NCBI GenBank assembly: GCA_030141605.1
Contig: JAQGDQ010002101.1
Location: forward strand, 1 to 14,998
DNA: 14,998 nt
Source of the DNA: Tubiluchus corallicola
Lineage: Eukaryota > Animalia > Priapulida
Direction of reading: 5' to 3'
The notes beneath the pieces were generated by a model. It saw nothing but the letters and a program-made list of their open reading frames with translations, made no database searches and had not been told where the DNA came from. Every line of letters starts with the position of its first letter. The stretch's first letter is position 1. This document shows, piece after piece, positions 11,281 to 14,998 of the stretch. The position numbers and the translations under genes were made by a program.

Positions 11281-11540
11281 TACGCGCGGCTCAGTGAATC
11301 TACTAAGATTGGCAGCGGCGCCTTTTTGTCACATTCACGTGGCCGACAAATAGAAGGCGGTACCGTGATAACCATAATCATGAGCTGCAGTGTTAGTTTG
11401 TGATGTCATGTGACGTAGAGCCCATTTTCGTGACATCAGACGTTTAAGTAGTACAGTAACACTTATGCAAATGTGCTTGATGCGCAAGGGAAGACGCCTG
11501 CCATTGCGCAAACTGTGATTAATTTCTGACGTAAGCAATA
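11281..11540. promoter_or_regulatory. Candidate enhancer/promoter with dense bZIP-type motif cluster
   Basis: GATTGG (11307), CACGTG (11336), TGATGTCA (11401), TGACGT (11411), TGACATCA (11431), TTATGCAAAT (11463), TTGCGCAA (11504) and TGACGTAA (11527) in a CpG-richer patch. Confidence 0.4.
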
Positions 11541-11938
11541 GCTGTGTTAATTAACTTTCTAAACTAATTATTCAAATACAAGCAACAATTACTAAGTTTT
11601 ATAGGCATGAAAATGTATATTTTGAACAGTAAATTAACATGAGATTGTGTCTAAACAATCGCCCGGTTTTCCTTTAAAATCTGCATATAGTAATTATATC
11701 TATAAATCTGTTAATCTGAAGTTACCGTCATACACTTTAAAACGAAAAATTGAAACATATTTTGTGTGTCCGTCATTACAACATTTTATCTAACGATTTC
11801 TCACTAAAAGCACCGTTTGTTACCTGCGCCGGACCATTTGCTGTGTTTTTAGGTTATTTTAAAGGCGTCTTTCCACAAATGATTGGGTTCTCCTCAAAGC
11901 ATGCAATAAATTCAAACAATATTTTTCTTTTTTTATAG

Positions 11939-12062
11939 ATCCAGATAAAAGCCTTTTAGCAAATTTGTAGATTCGAGCTTCTCGCTTGAAAGAAGCAGCC
12001 CAAACTGATTTTTGACAGAGTCTTAACTGGGACTCGAAATTTTTAACATACCATAATGTTGA
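11939..12062 (+). pseudogene. Possible decayed exon (DPDKSLLANL*IRASRLKEAAQTDF*QSLNWDSKFLTYHNV)
   Basis: Very strong acceptor TTTTTCTTTTTTTATAG (11938). Phase 1 is compatible with the 10027 donor, but there are two in-frame stops and only a weak donor. Confidence 0.2.
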
Positions 12063-12100
12063 GTGATTAGTGAGATAAGAGAGCTTTTATTTTTAAGTCT

Positions 12101-12141
12101 TATAATAATAATAATAATCATCATCATCATCATCACCACCG

Positions 12142-12235
<94 letters not shown>

Positions 12236-12302
12236 TATCATCATCATCATCATCATCGTCATCATCGTCATCATCATCGTCATTACCACCATCATCTTCA
12301 TC
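12101..12302. repeat. Compound microsatellite (ATA)n-(ATC)n-(ACC)n-(ATC)n
   Basis: Directly visible. Source of the poly-M/I/D ORFs at 12023-12338. Confidence 0.98.
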
Positions 12303-12548
12303 TTTATTTAAAGTCGGCTTTTGGTCAACAATTAACATTAGCTCAAATAACTATTATCGCCGACTGTAAATAACAACCTACAACTGCATAACAGAGACTA
12401 TTATTACCCCACTTTTACCCTAAATACCACGCGTTAGGCAGGAACAAAGCAGATACCATTTTTAAAGTCTTTGGTATGACCCGATCGCTGGTTCGAACTC
12501 ACGACCTCCCCGGCGGAAAGCAGACACATTACCACTAGACTACACCGT
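12303..12548 (-). mobile_element. tRNA-derived SINE with Meta-type central domain (MetaSINE-like)
   Basis: Minus strand: A box TAGTCTAGTGG (12532-12542), B box GTTCGAACC (12490-12498), then GGTCATACCAAAGACTTTAAAAATGGTA (12454-12481), which matches the Meta-domain core as I recall it. Ends at ...CCGACTTTAAATAAA, running into (GAT)n. Confidence 0.8.
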
Positions 12549-12571
12549 CTTAATTACTTAATTATCTGTAA

Positions 12572-12997
12572 CTCAATTACTTAAGATTCGCGGTTTCATT
12601 ACAAGTTGTCATCATGATATACCTGATATAATGTTAATTTAAACGTCGTCTCAATGTAACCGAAAGGCCATTGCAACAATCCTCACATTCTTGTTGCAAT
12701 GGCGTTTAGTCACATCCTTGTCACGGTACCAAATGTGACATGATGAAGTCAAACCCGAAACTAGTCAGCAAGGTCGCTAACGAAGTTCTCCCGTCGGCCC
12801 AGAAACCGTACTGACGTTTGTCTCACTGTCCCGTTCGAGACTGATTACCAGGATGTGACAGAATGCCATTATTATGAGATTCTGAGAAATTGCAATGGCG
12901 CCCGCTTACATTTAGGAGGTGGTGGTACTAAAGTTAAGTTAGTATCACGTATCATGATGGTAACTTCTAACGAAACCGCGGATCTTAAGTAATTGAG
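12572..12997. mobile_element. 426-bp foldback/MITE-type non-autonomous DNA transposon with long imperfect TIRs
   Basis: 12572-12619 matches the reverse complement of 12950-12997 at 43/48 positions. Colinear symmetry continues inward (AATGTAA, GCCATTGCAA, AATGGC, GTCACATCCT 12709-12718 / AGGATGTGAC 12850-12859) to about 150 bp per arm. No ORF. Confidence 0.85.
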
Positions 12998-13337
12998 AAA
13001 AGACGTAAAAATGAATCCATTCGTGTCAGGAAAGCCACTAATCAATCAAGATTATGTTATGTAAAAAACTAAAATGTTTCACAAGAGGCAGCAGTGCTAA
13101 ATTCAAAATAGGGCAGCCTAGGCTACACAATTTTAGATCATTTTAGGCTAAAGTAATGACACTTACTGGGTATATATATTGTCAGCTACATTGGTAGTAT
13201 ATAAAATATATTAATATATTAGTACCATATCAACTTTGTAGAAACAATTATGCAAACATTTAGGCCTACTCATGTATATCTGGTTAGAAGTTAATTAAGC
13301 TGTTTTAAGGTTCAAAGTAATTCTTGGCATTAATATT

Positions 13338-13351
13338 TTATTATTATTATT

Positions 13352-13390
<39 letters not shown>

Positions 13391-13399
13391 GCTGCTGTT

Positions 13400-13434
<35 letters not shown>

Positions 13435-13437
13435 TGT

Positions 13438-13469
<32 letters not shown>

Positions 13470-13486
13470 TTGTTGTTGTTGTTGTT
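13338..13486. repeat. Compound microsatellite (TTA)n-(TTG)n-(CTG)n
   Basis: Directly visible. Source of the poly-C/L/N ORFs at 13295-13565. Confidence 0.98.
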
Positions 13487-13725
13487 TGCAAAACTTATCA
13501 CATCTGCATTGTGTTGGCGTCGGCGAGTGTGCTATATAATTTTATTCACTATTATTTGCGTATAGTTGATGTACAATATATGTATCAATAATTATTAATA
13601 ACTTTAGCTGAGGATATGTGTCCATTGGGTATTTTCACATCAGCCAAATGATCTAAATGATGTAGTCTATGTTATATTATTTTAGTCTAAGCATAGATGG
13701 CGATTGTGAACGATTTGAACTTCTT

Positions 13726-13736
13726 TATATATATAT

Positions 13737-13776
<40 letters not shown>
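13726..13776. repeat. (TA)n microsatellite, ~25 units, one interruption
   Basis: Directly visible. Confidence 0.98.
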
Positions 13777-13778
<2 letters not shown>

Positions 13779-14094
13779 ATCATAATTACATGATCCTCCG
13801 CTAGATGAAGAACAATATAGTTTTTTGAAAAAGATTCATTTTTGCAAAAATACTTATCCTACTATCTACAGTTAGACCAAAGACATAGCTACGGGTTTTT
13901 TAATTCCATTTACCATGAACACGACAAGTAGCAACAGTAACTAATAACTAATGCGGTCTGGTAATGCTAATTTTCTGAAAGGTTTCCTTTAAACGTGCCC
14001 TAGTTTTGTTCCCCTAAGAGAATCGCTTAGTCGGCAGCGGTATCACTAACTGTTCTAGACGGCTTAGCTTAACCGACATACAAACGCAGCCTTT

Positions 14095-14228
14095 AACGTG
14101 TGATGTCAATGCGTGATTTGGCTTAATCCAATTACTTTGATGCGAGAAGACCTATTCGTGCTGTATATATAAACAGCATCCGGAGTGTTTATACATGAGG
14201 CTCAGTGAATCGAGAGATCTGCGTAAGT
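14095..14228 (+). promoter_or_regulatory. Candidate TATA-type core promoter and very short first exon
   Basis: TGATGTCA (14101), CCAAT (14128), TATATATAAA (14164-14173), CA at 14194-95 / TCAGT at 14202 about 30-38 nt downstream, and donor C|GTAAGT at 14223. Confidence 0.35.
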
Positions 14229-14303
14229 AGCCAGTAGAATTCCTGCTTCTGTTAGTGAGCAGCAGAATGAGAAGAGATGCGATAAAGGTGACTGTTTGAC
14301 AAT

Positions 14304-14868
<565 letters not shown>

Positions 14869-14998
14869 TGAGATTTTATTAATTATTATTAAAAATCTGC
14901 ATTCAAAATGATACAATAAGCCCTCTATTTGCAGGGCACATAAGTAGAATAATTTTAAATAAACTTTTACATTAAATTCTCCACAGTTACCAATTTAT

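Noticed and set aside
2611-12062. Alternative genetic code or stop readthrough to explain in-frame stops in exon-like segments
   Set aside because: All three stop types occur, and the exons themselves are unproven. Decay or chance is a simpler explanation.
12470-12548. Functional tRNA gene
   Set aside because: A and B boxes are present, but the acceptor stem pairs poorly and the sequence continues into a SINE core and tail.
11288-14211. 13-bp direct match GGCTCAGTGAATC (11288, 14199) and 12-bp AACTAGCCGTGA (2858, 10396)
   Set aside because: Isolated matches this short are expected by chance in 15 kb, and the flanks do not extend them.

Overview
AT-rich eukaryotic genomic DNA, most likely intergenic or intronic sequence of a marine invertebrate (inferred from the repeat types; the taxon cannot be fixed from this window). 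No intact, recognisable protein-coding gene is present, and nearly all listed ORFs are by-products of microsatellites or a minisatellite. The window is dominated by repeats: seven simple-sequence tracts; a ~2.1 kb 39-bp (21+18 bp) minisatellite with higher-order structure that appears to sit inside a non-autonomous Helentron/HINE-like element; a minus-strand tRNA-derived SINE with a Meta-like core, whose tail runs into a (GAT)n tract; and next to it a 426-bp foldback/MITE with ~150-bp imperfect terminal inverted repeats. There is also a probable LINE 3' tail, several CpG-richer promoter/enhancer-like patches and some low-confidence candidate exons or pseudo-exons on the + strand. I see no evidence for a new multi-gene biological system. 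The most interesting signals concern repeat and transposon architecture.
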